40,401 nucleotides of DNA, taken from the IMG/VR virus record IMGVR_UViG_3300043113_000314, positions 1-40,401 of that record; one strand, 5' to 3'. Each line of letters begins with the position of its first letter. The first letter of the stretch is position 1. The position numbers and the translations under genes are program-made. Below the pieces are notes generated by a model that was given only the letters and a program-made list of their open reading frames with translations, searched no databases and was not told the DNA's origin. Source of the stretch: a virus. Taxonomy: Duplodnaviria; Caudoviricetes. Below are positions 24,152 through 34,612 of this stretch, in pieces.

Positions 24152-26117
24152 GTCGATCGAAGCTTACAAGATTGCGGTGAAAGTCTCGCTGGTCGAGAAC
24201 GTAACGCGCGGTCTCCAGATGATGGCCCGCCACTTCAAGTCGACCGACGCCGATGCGAAAGCCCTTGAAGCACGATTGAAGTCGATCGGCAAGATGGCGG
24301 CGATCGGCGGCATCATGACCGGTGCTGGCCTTGGCGGACTGGCGTTGTTCAAGGGGCCGCTCGAAGAAGCCAAAAAGTACGAGATCCTGCTCGGTCGCCT
24401 GCAACAGTTTGGCATGGGCGATGTCGCCATGCGCGACGCGCAGAAGTTCGTCGAAGCGCAACATATCATGGGGTCGTCGCAGCGAGACATCCTGCGCTAT
24501 TTCATTGAAGCGCAGGGCGTGTTTCGCGAAGCCGGAGCCCGCAGCGTGCCCGAGCAATTGGCGGCCGCGAAGATGGCGGCACCGATGATCGCTCGGATGG
24601 CGTTCGCGTCGCGCGGCCTCGACGAGCATTCGCGCGAAGCCACCGAAGCAAAGCAAATGGACATGCTGCGGTTCGTGGAACAGGCGGGTGGCCTGAAAAG
24701 CGCTGCGCGGTTCAACGAATTGCTAAATTCCGGTTTCAAAGCGGTCCAGTCGTCTGGCGGCAACGTCGATTTCACGCAGTATCGGCAGTTTATGGCGCGG
24801 GGCGGCTCGTCTGCGATGAACCTCAGTGCCCGCTCGCTGTTCGCCGACCTGGAGCCGATCATCGGCGAAATGAAGGGCAGCACAGCAGGCACCGCGTTGA
24901 TGACGACCTTCAACCGCCTGAATGGCATCGTGAAGTTACCAAACCAAGTGTCCCATGAGCTGGTGAACAACGGCCTATGGGACGGGTCAAAGATCATTTG
25001 GAACAGCCAGGGCGGCATTAAGTCGTTCACCGGAAATCCAATCCGCAACGGCACTTTGCTCGGCACCGACCCGGTTGAATATTACCGGACGATGGTCCAG
25101 CCGATGTATGCGCGGATGAACCTTGATACCGCGCAGCGCACCGTCGAAAACGCAAAGATTTTCGGACGCACCGGCGGCGCGATGTTCAACCTCATCGAGC
25201 GCCAGATGCCAACGATCCTGCGTTCGCGCGAAGCGTTCAACCGCGCGCGCGGTATCGATCAGAGCTACCGGGCTGCTGGCGGTCGCGCTTCCGGCAAAGA
25301 ATTTGACCTCGAAAAGCGCGAAGCTGACCTTAAGCTGAAAATTGGGCAGGTCATCTTGCCCTACTATGTAAAAGGGCTCGAAATGGCCCTTGTCGTGATG
25401 AATCGCCTCAACGCGTTTATCACGGCCAATCCGACGTTTACAAAAATCGCTGTCGGTGGGTTCGCGCTCGTATCCGTAGCGGCCGTCGTCGGTGGATCCC
25501 TGACGTTGCTAACCGCGGGCCTGCGGGGCTTGATGCTGATCCGCAACCTTGTCCCAGCGTTCCGTGCGGTCGGCGTTGGCCTCTCAATCCTGCGTGGCGG
25601 TCTCGGTTATCTGCCGATGCTGTTCCGTTACGTCGTCGCCGCGCTGGGTCCAGTCGGCCTTGCCATCGCCGCCATCGCCACGGTCGGGTGGCTTGTCTAT
25701 AATAATTGGAAGGAAATTAAGTCGGCATTGTTCGCCAATTTCAAAGACATTGGCGACGCGGTTCGCAAACTCTTCAATGGCGACATCATGGGTGCGATCG
25801 GGTTATTTGGCCGGGCGTTGCTGCGTAGTTTTCAGACCGTCATCAACACGATCATCGCGGGTGTGAACGCGATCAACCCGCTGTTCCAGATCCCGAAGGC
25901 TATGTTTGCCGGAAACCCTGACGGCAGCAGCCCTGGCGTTCGCCCGGCGGGGGGCAAGCCCTTGCAGGTCACGAGCAACGTCCATCTCGACGGACATCGG
26001 ATCGCCACGGTTGTCACGAAGCATCAAGCCAGGGAAGCGGCTCGTCCGAACGCCGGATCGACCGGCTTCGATGGACAGCGCGCCCGCCCGTCACTCGCAC
26101 TGGGCGCGATGCGTTGA
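24150..26117 (+). CDS. Tape measure protein
   Basis: GGAGG RBS, Ala/Gly-rich helical protein with hydrophobic segments, LVYNNWKEI, VHLDGHRIA. Confidence 0.88.
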   Translation: MSIEAYKIAVKVSLVENVTRGLQMMARHFKSTDADAKALEARLKSIGKMAAIGGIMTGAGLGGLALFKGPLEEAKKYEILLGRLQQFGMGDVAMRDAQKFVEAQHIMGSSQRDILRYFIEAQGVFREAGARSVPEQLAAAKMAAPMIARMAFASRGLDEHSREATEAKQMDMLRFVEQAGGLKSAARFNELLNSGFKAVQSSGGNVDFTQYRQFMARGGSSAMNLSARSLFADLEPIIGEMKGSTAGTALMTTFNRLNGIVKLPNQVSHELVNNGLWDGSKIIWNSQGGIKSFTGNPIRNGTLLGTDPVEYYRTMVQPMYARMNLDTAQRTVENAKIFGRTGGAMFNLIERQMPTILRSREAFNRARGIDQSYRAAGGRASGKEFDLEKREADLKLKIGQVILPYYVKGLEMALVVMNRLNAFITANPTFTKIAVGGFALVSVAAVVGGSLTLLTAGLRGLMLIRNLVPAFRAVGVGLSILRGGLGYLPMLFRYVVAALGPVGLAIAAIATVGWLVYNNWKEIKSALFANFKDIGDAVRKLFNGDIMGAIGLFGRALLRSFQTVINTIIAGVNAINPLFQIPKAMFAGNPDGSSPGVRPAGGKPLQVTSNVHLDGHRIATVVTKHQAREAARPNAGSTGFDGQRARPSLALGAMR

Positions 26118-27070
26118 CCGATACCGTTCTGACGCTTGGCGACTTCCGCTTCGTCCGGTTCGAGATACCTGAAAGCATCCCGTTCGGCGGCGACCAAAAG
26201 CTGATCGTGCACGAGCTGGTCGGCGGGCGGCGCGTCATCGATGCCATGGGCGACGTGCCACTTGCGCTGGAATGGTCCGGCTATCTCGTCGGTGCCTCTG
26301 CCCTGCCGCGCGCGCTCTATCTCGATGGTCTGCGCAAGGCAGGCAAGCCGTTGGCTCTGCGCTGGAGCGAACTATCCTACACAGTCTTGGTGAAGTCGTT
26401 CCGCCCGAATTATCATCTTGGCTATCGCATCCCTTACCAGATCACCTGCGAGGTAGTGACCGACGAGACCGCACCGGTCACCACCATTACGACCTCCAGC
26501 TATGAGCAAGCCGTTGCAGACGACGCCGCTGCGGCAAGCGCGCTGGCGGCCGAGATCGGCCACAGTGGCCTGTCGTCGGCGGTGGCCGCGATCACTGGCG
26601 CGCTTGGCAAAATCAACAGCCTGGCCGCCGCAGCGCAAAGCCAGATTGCCACGGTGCTCCAGCCGATCGCCGATGCGCGCGCTCAAGTTGCCTTGCTGCT
26701 ACAGTCGACCGGCGCGACACTTCAGAGCGTCGCCACGCTTGGCGGCGTGGTCCCTGGAAGCCCGATCGCAGGTCAAATCGCCAACTTGACCGGCCAAATT
26801 GGAGCAATTGCCGATCAGCCGCGCTTGCTACTGCTGGATCGCACACTCGGGAGGATGTCGACCAATCTCGGGCAGATCAACAGCGGCGTCCGGACGCTGA
26901 CGACCGGCGGCGGCAACCTCTTCACACTCGCCGCGAACGAATATGGCGACGCGATGGGGTGGACCGCAATCGCGGCGGCCAACAAACTTTCCGACCCGGA
27001 GATCACCGGTGTCGCGACGCTGGTCGTGCCGCAGTTTACGAACAACACGGGGGGCGTGCTCGGTGGCTGA
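26114..27070 (+). CDS. Tail tube initiator/baseplate protein with C-terminal LysM-like domain
   Basis: LTLGDFRF...PESIPFGG; NLFTLAANEYGDAMGWTAIAAANKLSDP. Confidence 0.75.
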   Translation: MTDTVLTLGDFRFVRFEIPESIPFGGDQKLIVHELVGGRRVIDAMGDVPLALEWSGYLVGASALPRALYLDGLRKAGKPLALRWSELSYTVLVKSFRPNYHLGYRIPYQITCEVVTDETAPVTTITTSSYEQAVADDAAAASALAAEIGHSGLSSAVAAITGALGKINSLAAAAQSQIATVLQPIADARAQVALLLQSTGATLQSVATLGGVVPGSPIAGQIANLTGQIGAIADQPRLLLLDRTLGRMSTNLGQINSGVRTLTTGGGNLFTLAANEYGDAMGWTAIAAANKLSDPEITGVATLVVPQFTNNTGGVLGG

Positions 27071-28187
27071 CATCAATCCCCAGCCAATCACCGGCATCGC
27101 TCGCCAGCCGCGTGGCGCAGTGAAACTTGGCGGCACCCTCGTGACCGGGTGGGTGTCGTGGGAGGTCGAGAACAACGTGTTTCGATCCGCCGACACCTTT
27201 CGGGTCGTTCTGGCGGTTGCGGACCTGCCCGCCGCGCGCGACGCGGCATGGGTCGCCAGCCAGACCAGCATCGATGTTGAAATTTTCGCAAAAGAATCGC
27301 CGACCGATCCTGCGGCATATGTCCCGGTGGCTGCTGATCTGCTGATTTTCGGCCAGGTCGACGACATCGATTACCACCCGGCGCTTGGCAAGATTGAACT
27401 CTCGGGCCGCGATCTCACCGCCCGGCTGATCGACACGAAAACGAGCGAGAATTTCAGCAACCAAACCGCCAGCCAAATCGCGATCACCCTCGCTGGCCGC
27501 CACGGTTTGACGGCTGCGGTCACGGCCACGACGACCAAAGTCGGAAATTATTACACGCAAGACCATGTCGACCTGAGCCAGGAACAGAGCGAATGGGAGC
27601 TGCTGACGAAACTTGCTGATTATGAACAGTTCGACGTGTTCGTGGTCGGCAAAGTGCTGCATTTCCAACCCCGCGCAGCGCCTTCCAGCGATCATTACGC
27701 GATCGTGTGGACGCAGCCTTCTGAGGATTTCGCCTACCCGAACATCAACACCACCACGCTTTCGCTCTCACGCAGCCTGACGATTGCCAAAGGCATCACA
27801 GTGCAGGTGCGAAGCTGGAACGCGAAACAGAAAAAGGCATTTGTCGCCAGCTATCCCAAATCGGCAAAAGCGGTGAAGCCGGGGCAGTCTGCGGCGCAAA
27901 CAACCATATGGCATCGTACGATCCCGGGCCTCACGCAGGATCAGGCGACGCAGCGTGCCAAGCAGCTCTACGATCAAATCGTGCAACACACCGTCAAGCT
28001 AGACGCCGACCTGCCCGGCGACGGCTTGCTCGATTGCAGCCGCACGATCGCGGTTGGCGGGACTGGCACTTCGTTCGATCAGATCTACTTTCCGGACAGC
28101 ATCAAACGCTCGATGAGCATCGACGAGGGCTATCGCATGTCGGTGTCGGCGAAGAACACGACCCCCGAGGTGGAGGCCGGCGCATGA
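27063..28187 (+). CDS. Baseplate hub (GpD/Mu gp44-like)
   Basis: ADTFRV, LSGRDLTARLID, SEWELLTKLA. Confidence 0.8.
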   Translation: MADINPQPITGIARQPRGAVKLGGTLVTGWVSWEVENNVFRSADTFRVVLAVADLPAARDAAWVASQTSIDVEIFAKESPTDPAAYVPVAADLLIFGQVDDIDYHPALGKIELSGRDLTARLIDTKTSENFSNQTASQIAITLAGRHGLTAAVTATTTKVGNYYTQDHVDLSQEQSEWELLTKLADYEQFDVFVVGKVLHFQPRAAPSSDHYAIVWTQPSEDFAYPNINTTTLSLSRSLTIAKGITVQVRSWNAKQKKAFVASYPKSAKAVKPGQSAAQTTIWHRTIPGLTQDQATQRAKQLYDQIVQHTVKLDADLPGDGLLDCSRTIAVGGTGTSFDQIYFPDSIKRSMSIDEGYRMSVSAKNTTPEVEAGA

Positions 28188-28732
28188 TGGAAGGCCTGCT
28201 TAACCAGGTGCGCCGCGCCGCGACCGAGGCGGGACAATCGAACGCGACAACCCGCCACGGGACGGTGTCGAGCTATGACCCCGACAACCATGCGGTGAAG
28301 GTGTTGATCCAGCCCGAGGGTGTGGTCACCGGCTGGCTACCGCTCAAAGCCGTCTGGATCGGCAATGGTTGGGGCTTCTTTGCGGCCCCATCAATCGGTG
28401 ATGCGGTGGAGGTCGAGTTTCAGGAAGCCGACGGGGGCGTTGGAAGCGTTGGCTGGCGTTTTTTCAACGACAGCGAGCGGCCCCTGTCGGTGCCGACCGG
28501 CGAACTCTGGATCGTCCACAAGCACGGCCAGAGCATCAAGCTCACCACCGACGGCGCGGTAACGCTCGACGACGCGCAGGGCGCGCAGATCAAGCTGAAA
28601 GGCGACGGCACGATCAGCAGCGCGGGTAACTGGACGCATAGCGGCACCTTCAAGGCCAATGACATCGAACTGACGACGCACGTCCACAAGAACGTTCAAG
28701 CCGGGTCGGCGCTATCGGGAGGTCCGCAGTGA
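28184..28732 (+). CDS. Baseplate spike (GpV-like)
   Basis: OB-fold TGWLP...PSIGDAVEV; C-terminal THVH metal-binding motif. Confidence 0.88.
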   Translation: MMEGLLNQVRRAATEAGQSNATTRHGTVSSYDPDNHAVKVLIQPEGVVTGWLPLKAVWIGNGWGFFAAPSIGDAVEVEFQEADGGVGSVGWRFFNDSERPLSVPTGELWIVHKHGQSIKLTTDGAVTLDDAQGAQIKLKGDGTISSAGNWTHSGTFKANDIELTTHVHKNVQAGSALSGGPQ

Positions 28733-29112
28733 ACCTCACCGATCTCGACCACTACATCGGTTCTGACCTTTCCGTTTCCGGCACCGGCGACCTCCAAGGC
28801 GCGACGGACACGATTCGCGGACAGCAGCGAATCCTGCGCCGGCTTCTCACCAACCCTGGAGAGTACATCTTTCACCCCGAGTATGGGGCTGGGTTGCCGC
28901 AGTACGTCGGCCGAACCGCTGATGTTCCCAAGATTCGCGCGCTGGTCCGCGGGCAAATCCAACTCGAGGAAGCCGTCGCGCGGGCGCCGGCCCCAGAAAT
29001 CAACGTCGCAGCAATCCCAAGCGCGGCCGGCGGCGGTTTCGCGATTACGATCATCTACACCGATGCGCCATCCGGCCAGCCGGTCACGCTCTCTTTCGAG
29101 GTTGGGAAATAA
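28729..29112 (+). CDS. Baseplate gp25/GpW-like wedge protein
   Basis: RRLLTNPGEYIFHPEYGAGL. Confidence 0.85.
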   Translation: MNLTDLDHYIGSDLSVSGTGDLQGATDTIRGQQRILRRLLTNPGEYIFHPEYGAGLPQYVGRTADVPKIRALVRGQIQLEEAVARAPAPEINVAAIPSAAGGGFAITIIYTDAPSGQPVTLSFEVGK

Positions 29113-30245
29113 TGGCCGACCTTCAGACCAAGGATTTCACCACTCTCGTCCAGGAGCAGGTCGCCGCGATCCAAGGCGGCTCAAGCAGAACCCTGATCGA
29201 CCTCACCGTGGGGTCGGTGCTGCGCGCGGTGGTCGAGGCGTACGCCGCGGTCGCGTTGTGGCTGCAGGGCCTCGTACTCAAGGTGCTTGCTGTCACGCGC
29301 GCGTCGACCTCCAGCGGGGCAGACCTCGACAGCTTCATGGCCGATTACGGGCTGGTGCGGCTTCCGCCGGTGACCGCCACCGGGCTGCTCACCTTCTCCC
29401 GGTTCACTGCGACAGCACAGGCTGTCGTTCCAGTCGGGGCTGCGGCGCAAAGCGCGGACGGGTCGCAGCAGTACGTCGTGACGCTGGACGCCACAGACGC
29501 CGCGTACAACGCCGGTTTCGGGGGCTACGTCCTCGGCGCGGGGATAACCTCGATTGCGGTGCCTGCCACCGCCGTCGTGACCGGAGCGGCCGGGAATGCG
29601 GCGAGCGGCGGCATCAACACTTTGGGCCAGGCAATCGCCGGCATCGACGTGGTGGCCAATTCCGCACCCTTCGCTAACGGCGACGATGCTGAAACCGATG
29701 TCGCATTCCGCGCTCGCTTTGTCGGCTTTCTCGCAAGTCTGGCGGAAGCCACCAAGGCCGCGATCCTCTATGCGGCTACCTCGCTGCAAAGCGACATCAC
29801 CGCCGTCGTGATCGAAAACGAGAATTACAACGGGACGGCCAACCCGGGATATTTCTATGTCGTGGTCGACGACGGCAGTGGCGCGCCCTCGGGCGACTTG
29901 CTCAATTCGGTCGCCGACGCAATCGATGCCGTGCGGGGCTTCACGATCACTTTCGGCGTCTTCGGGCCAAGCGTCGTCACGGCAAATGTTACCGGCCATA
30001 TCGGTCTGGCGGCTGGCTATCTGGCTACTCCGGTCTATGCCGCCGTCAATGCAGCGATCGCCGCGTATATCGGCGGCCTGCCCCTCGGCGCCTCCTTGTC
30101 GTGGTCGCGGCTGATCCAGGTCGCCTATGATGCATCCCCGGGCGTCGCGAACATCTCCGGCCTCCAGATCAACGGTGCGGCGGACGATATCGCAGCGACG
30201 CCGAAGCAGGTGATCCGCCCCGGCACCGTGGCAGTCGGCGCGTGA
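29112..30245 (+). CDS. Baseplate J-like wedge protein
   Basis: SSGADLD, GAAGN, NGDDAETDVAFRAR. Confidence 0.92.
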   Translation: MADLQTKDFTTLVQEQVAAIQGGSSRTLIDLTVGSVLRAVVEAYAAVALWLQGLVLKVLAVTRASTSSGADLDSFMADYGLVRLPPVTATGLLTFSRFTATAQAVVPVGAAAQSADGSQQYVVTLDATDAAYNAGFGGYVLGAGITSIAVPATAVVTGAAGNAASGGINTLGQAIAGIDVVANSAPFANGDDAETDVAFRARFVGFLASLAEATKAAILYAATSLQSDITAVVIENENYNGTANPGYFYVVVDDGSGAPSGDLLNSVADAIDAVRGFTITFGVFGPSVVTANVTGHIGLAAGYLATPVYAAVNAAIAAYIGGLPLGASLSWSRLIQVAYDASPGVANISGLQINGAADDIAATPKQVIRPGTVAVGA

Positions 30246-30994
30246 CCACCGGCGATCAGAGTGACCAGGTCGGCCGGCTCAAGGCGCTCCTCCCGCGCTG
30301 GTTCGGCGACACGGTTCCAGTGCTCAGCGCTTTGCTCGCGGGGTACGGCTATGTGCAGGCATTTCTGTTCAGCCTGGTCACTTATGCCAAGCTTCAGACC
30401 CGCGTTCTAACCGCTACGGGGGGGTGGCTCGACCTGATTTCGGCGGACTTCTTCGGAACCGGTCTCCCGCGGATCGCCGGGCAAAGCGATGCGTCTTTCC
30501 GCAACCGGATCATTGCCAACCTGTTCCGCAAGCGCGGTACCCGCGCGGATGTCATCGCCGTGCTTGAAAGCCTCACCGGCAGGACGCCGGATGTTTTCGA
30601 ACCGCGTAGGGTGCTTGATACAGGGGCCTATGGGGCGCCACTTACGGGATATGGCGCAGCGGGCGGCTATGGCTCGATCCTGTTGCCGTACCAGGCGTTC
30701 GTCACCGCCTACCGGCCTCTTGGGACCGGCATCCCGCTCATCTCGGGCTACAACATTCCAGCCGGCGGCTACGGAGTGCCTTCGCGTGCCGCCTATGGCG
30801 ATATCTCGACCATCACCGAGCCGGTGAACGCGTCCGATATTTTCGCCGCGATCGACAGCGTGAAGCCAGCGGGAACGATCGTCTGGGCGCGGATCGGGAT
30901 GCCGGTCGATCCCACGATCAACGCGTTGAATCTAAACGGCGGCCACATCTTCTTTGGCGGGGGCCGCCTGCTCATCGAGGGCTGGGACCTCTGA
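30242..30994 (+). CDS. Baseplate GpI-like protein
   Basis: TATGGWLDLI...SDASFRNRI...VKPAGTIVW. Confidence 0.8.
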   Translation: MTTGDQSDQVGRLKALLPRWFGDTVPVLSALLAGYGYVQAFLFSLVTYAKLQTRVLTATGGWLDLISADFFGTGLPRIAGQSDASFRNRIIANLFRKRGTRADVIAVLESLTGRTPDVFEPRRVLDTGAYGAPLTGYGAAGGYGSILLPYQAFVTAYRPLGTGIPLISGYNIPAGGYGVPSRAAYGDISTITEPVNASDIFAAIDSVKPAGTIVWARIGMPVDPTINALNLNGGHIFFGGGRLLIEGWDL

Positions 30995-31078
30995 ACTCCG
31001 CCCGCTCGGGCACTCAACAACCGAATACGCGATTACCGCCAGGCGAGAGCCGGGCTCGCTTCCTCATGGAGAACGTAG

Positions 31079-32404
31079 ATGGACAGAGTCACGGTATACC
31101 CGGGCGCGATCCCGCTTGAGACCGATATTCTCAACAGCGAGCGGAACGCGATGGTCGGCTTGGGCCAGCTGGCCGCGACGTTGTTTGGCACGACGACGAC
31201 AGTCAACGGGCTGGGATGTGCCCCGACGTCGCCAGCCTCGATGCAGGTCAAAATCAGCCCGGGCGAGATCTATGCCCGCCAAAATCTCGACGACAACGCC
31301 TATGGGTCCCTGCCAGCTGACACCGCCCACCAGATCGTCAAGCAGGGCATCGCCCTGGGCAACACCCTTCTCTCGTGCACCGCGCCGTCGTCGGTCGGCC
31401 AGAGCATCAACTACCTGATCCAGGCGACGTTCTCCGAAGTCGACAACACGCCCGTCGTGCTGCCCTATTACAACGCAAGCAACCCGACCGCAGCCTATAG
31501 CGGGCCCGCCAACAGCGGTGCGGCGCAGCCGACCAAGCGCGCGGGAACTGTATCGCTCGTCGCCAAGCCCGGCATTCCTGCATCCACCGGCACGCAGACA
31601 ACCCCAGCCCCGGACTCCGGCTTCGTGGGGCTCTGGGTCGTCACGGTTGCCTATGGCGCAACCGCCATCGTATCCGGGAACATCGCCGCCGCCGCCGGTG
31701 CGCCGATCCTGCCGGCTGCCGGCATCGTCGCTTCGATCGTCCCGACCACCTATGCGTCGCGCGCCGAGGGAGTGGCAGGCACCTCGACGAACAAAGCGGT
31801 CTCGCCTGATGTAATGGCGCAAGCCGTACAGAGCGGCGCCTATAACTTCGCGGTCGCCGGCGGGACGGCCAATGCGATCACCGTCGCTCTCGTGCCAGCT
31901 CCGTCGGTGTTGCTTCCGGGCCTCATCATCCACCTCAAAATCACCGCCACCAACTCTGGCCCGGTGACACTTTCGACGAACGGAAGCGACCTTGCCTACA
32001 TCACTAGCAACGGCGCGCAGCTGACTGGCGGGGAGCTGGTCGCGGGACAGATCTACATCCTGATCTGTGACGGCTTCAACTGGCAGGGCGTCTTCAAGGG
32101 GACGTCGGGGTCGAATGCCAACGGCAAATGGGAGCGACGCGCCAGCGGGGTAATCGAGCAGTGGGGCACCGTCCTCGGATCCTTCACAGAGGGCGCGCAG
32201 TCGGTCACCTTCCCGATCCCGTTCCCAACCGTCTGTGATCAGATCCAGCCGACGGCCGTCAACGCGAGCAGCACCCAGAACCATGACATCTGGGCTCAGT
32301 CCGTCTCGTGGTCGACGACCGGCGGGGTCATCTACCTCAACTACCCACAGGCCGGCGGCGTCTCCGCGATCGATGGATTCTCCTGGCGCGCGATCGGCGA
32401 ATGA
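31079..32404 (+). CDS. Tail fibre protein (C-terminal gp53-like domain)
   Basis: Follows the baseplate; GGTANAIT, ATNSGPVTL, IEQWG...VTFPIPFP. Confidence 0.8.
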   Translation: MDRVTVYPGAIPLETDILNSERNAMVGLGQLAATLFGTTTTVNGLGCAPTSPASMQVKISPGEIYARQNLDDNAYGSLPADTAHQIVKQGIALGNTLLSCTAPSSVGQSINYLIQATFSEVDNTPVVLPYYNASNPTAAYSGPANSGAAQPTKRAGTVSLVAKPGIPASTGTQTTPAPDSGFVGLWVVTVAYGATAIVSGNIAAAAGAPILPAAGIVASIVPTTYASRAEGVAGTSTNKAVSPDVMAQAVQSGAYNFAVAGGTANAITVALVPAPSVLLPGLIIHLKITATNSGPVTLSTNGSDLAYITSNGAQLTGGELVAGQIYILICDGFNWQGVFKGTSGSNANGKWERRASGVIEQWGTVLGSFTEGAQSVTFPIPFPTVCDQIQPTAVNASSTQNHDIWAQSVSWSTTGGVIYLNYPQAGGVSAIDGFSWRAIGE

Positions 32405-32456
32405 CCGCCGCTTCGCCACGCCGCGCGCGCCACCTCGAGCACCCTGAGGCAAAATC

Positions 32457-34388
32457 ATGACCGATACCTTTTGGACCCCGACGACGCCGATCGCCGGGCC
32501 AAGGCTCTATCCTACCGGCTTTGTTCCGGTGCGCGTTGCCGGTGACGCCGCGGACGGGTCACAGGATGGCTTCGCCCAGGCGTCTGTAGCCGACATTATA
32601 GACGCGGGGGTCGCGGGCTTCGCTGTTCCGACAGGGGGAACTCGCGTCGGCTATCGGTGGCTGTCGTCCGGCGCGATCACCGATACCGACAGCGCCCTGC
32701 GCAACCTTCCGACGCTGCTGGATGCCTTCGCGAAGACGACCCAGACACAGATCATCGCGGGCACCTGGACCGGAGATCTGTCGACAGCAATCCGTGCTGC
32801 GGTCCAGGGAAAAGATCATTTCGTGATCCCGCCCGGAATCTTCCCTTTCAAGGGTGATATGGTCGAGATCACTACCCCCGGACTCGTCGTCCACGGCATG
32901 GGCGGCGTGCTGAAGAAGATGGGGGGCACCGGCTCCGATGGCGTCGGTATTCTCGTTTCCACCCACGCCCAGCTCATCAATATGCACATCGACGCTACCG
33001 TTCCGAACCCCACGTTGGGCGGCAACATCAATGATTTGGTGCAGGTGAACTTCACGCCTGCGACACCGTCGAGCCGGGTCTTGATCCAGAACTTAAAGGC
33101 CAAGGGCTCCTCCTCGAACGTGCTCGTGCACCGTGGTGGCCTCTTGGAGGTCGATGGTCTCTTCGCCTGGAATACATACGCAAACGGCCTCCAGCTTGTC
33201 GCGTCTAATATGTTCGGCCGTCGCATTCGGATCTATACGACCGTCACGCAAAACGGCATCTTCGCCACCTCGTCGGGCGGTAGTCTCGACACTGGCGACG
33301 TCATCAGCAACGTCCATCTTGAAGACGTATACATCGAAAACTCTGCGGATACCGGAATCGAATTAGGTTATGGCTGCCACGACTGCACCGCGACCAACTT
33401 CATAACGGTGAATTGCGTGAATCCCGGCGCATTGGGGCGGGACAACCAGCGTTGCACCTTCAGGAATGGGCGCATCTACGCACCCGCCTATTCAGATCAG
33501 ATCAGCAGTTACAATGCCGTTGCGATGGTGCCTTATTTCCGGGGGGCAAGTTACGAAACTGGCAGTTCGTTTGAAGACATCGAGGTTATTGGGCCATGCA
33601 AGGTGGCAGCGTTTTATCTCGGTCAATCTGCGGTGCGGGTCACTGGGCTAAAAGCCAATGCATTTGCTCCAGGTACTGCCCCGGCAACTGACGGAAGCAA
33701 CCTTTTAGGCGCTGGGCTGATGCTCGCAGGGGACGTCAGCAAGGTTTACGCTCGCGGAGTCGTTGATGGCTATTCAACAGGGTTCACCGCTACATTTGAC
33801 GGTGCCCCGCACACCTGCTCGGGCCTTGATGTAGACATCAAGGCAACCCGCGTCGACACCGCAGTCAGCCTCTACAACATCGACGCGCGCGCGACTACGA
33901 TACGCTTGGCACCCGAATCCTCCTACCGGTCTCTCGCGATCAAGCTTGCTGGGGCCAGTCTTATACCCTCATCCTCAGTCCAGAACCGCCGGGTCACCTT
34001 CGAGAATCACGCGAGGCCGGACGCCATAACCTTTACCTCTCCGCCCGGCGGAGACTTTGATACCAACGGCGGCCAGATTCTGTTCCCCGGCGGTCGGTTT
34101 GTACCGGCACCAGTGGCGGTGGACGACTTCTCACCGGTGCTGACGCAAGCCTACGCGATCGGAATCTACACGGTCATGAACATGACGACCAACAAGACGG
34201 CGACGTTCGTGGTCGATGGTGGATCGGGGCTCAGCCTTAAACTAAAAGGCGATGCGAGCTTTGGTGACGATTCCAGCGCGACGGGCATTCGCCTTGTCTT
34301 TGTTAGCGGAGCGCTTGGCTTCCAGCAGAAGGACACCGGTGCAACATCGGGCATCTGGCTCAAGATCACCGGATCAGGAGTGGCATAA
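32457..34388 (+). CDS. Tailspike/depolymerase (parallel beta-helix)
   Basis: DLSTAIRAAV...VIPPGIF entry motif followed by Asn/Val/Ile-rich beta-helix-like rungs. Confidence 0.7.
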   Translation: MTDTFWTPTTPIAGPRLYPTGFVPVRVAGDAADGSQDGFAQASVADIIDAGVAGFAVPTGGTRVGYRWLSSGAITDTDSALRNLPTLLDAFAKTTQTQIIAGTWTGDLSTAIRAAVQGKDHFVIPPGIFPFKGDMVEITTPGLVVHGMGGVLKKMGGTGSDGVGILVSTHAQLINMHIDATVPNPTLGGNINDLVQVNFTPATPSSRVLIQNLKAKGSSSNVLVHRGGLLEVDGLFAWNTYANGLQLVASNMFGRRIRIYTTVTQNGIFATSSGGSLDTGDVISNVHLEDVYIENSADTGIELGYGCHDCTATNFITVNCVNPGALGRDNQRCTFRNGRIYAPAYSDQISSYNAVAMVPYFRGASYETGSSFEDIEVIGPCKVAAFYLGQSAVRVTGLKANAFAPGTAPATDGSNLLGAGLMLAGDVSKVYARGVVDGYSTGFTATFDGAPHTCSGLDVDIKATRVDTAVSLYNIDARATTIRLAPESSYRSLAIKLAGASLIPSSSVQNRRVTFENHARPDAITFTSPPGGDFDTNGGQILFPGGRFVPAPVAVDDFSPVLTQAYAIGIYTVMNMTTNKTATFVVDGGSGLSLKLKGDASFGDDSSATGIRLVFVSGALGFQQKDTGATSGIWLKITGSGVA

Positions 34389-34612
34389 TGTTCAAGATAT
34401 GCGTCACCGATGCTGACACTAGCGACAACCTCTACTGGGATGGTGGAATGTTGCGCCGAAGTCCCGAGCGCGGGCTCTCTTTCTCCTCCGAAGGGGGTGC
34501 GAGGGCCTACCTCCAGAAGGATTTCAACGATCCGAGTTCCCCGGTTCATCCGCAGCTATGGGACGATACGACGGTACCGCCGACCGATCGGTTTGAGATA
34601 GTTCCCGCGTGA
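34388..34612 (+). CDS. Hypothetical protein (possible spike chaperone)
   Basis: AGGAG RBS; TAATG coupling. Confidence 0.65.
   Translation: MFKICVTDADTSDNLYWDGGMLRRSPERGLSFSSEGGARAYLQKDFNDPSSPVHPQLWDDTTVPPTDRFEIVPA

Noticed and set aside
31079-34388. Diversity-generating retroelement or invertible tail-fibre cassette
   Set aside because: No reverse transcriptase, invertase, template/variable repeat pair or inverted crossover sites seen
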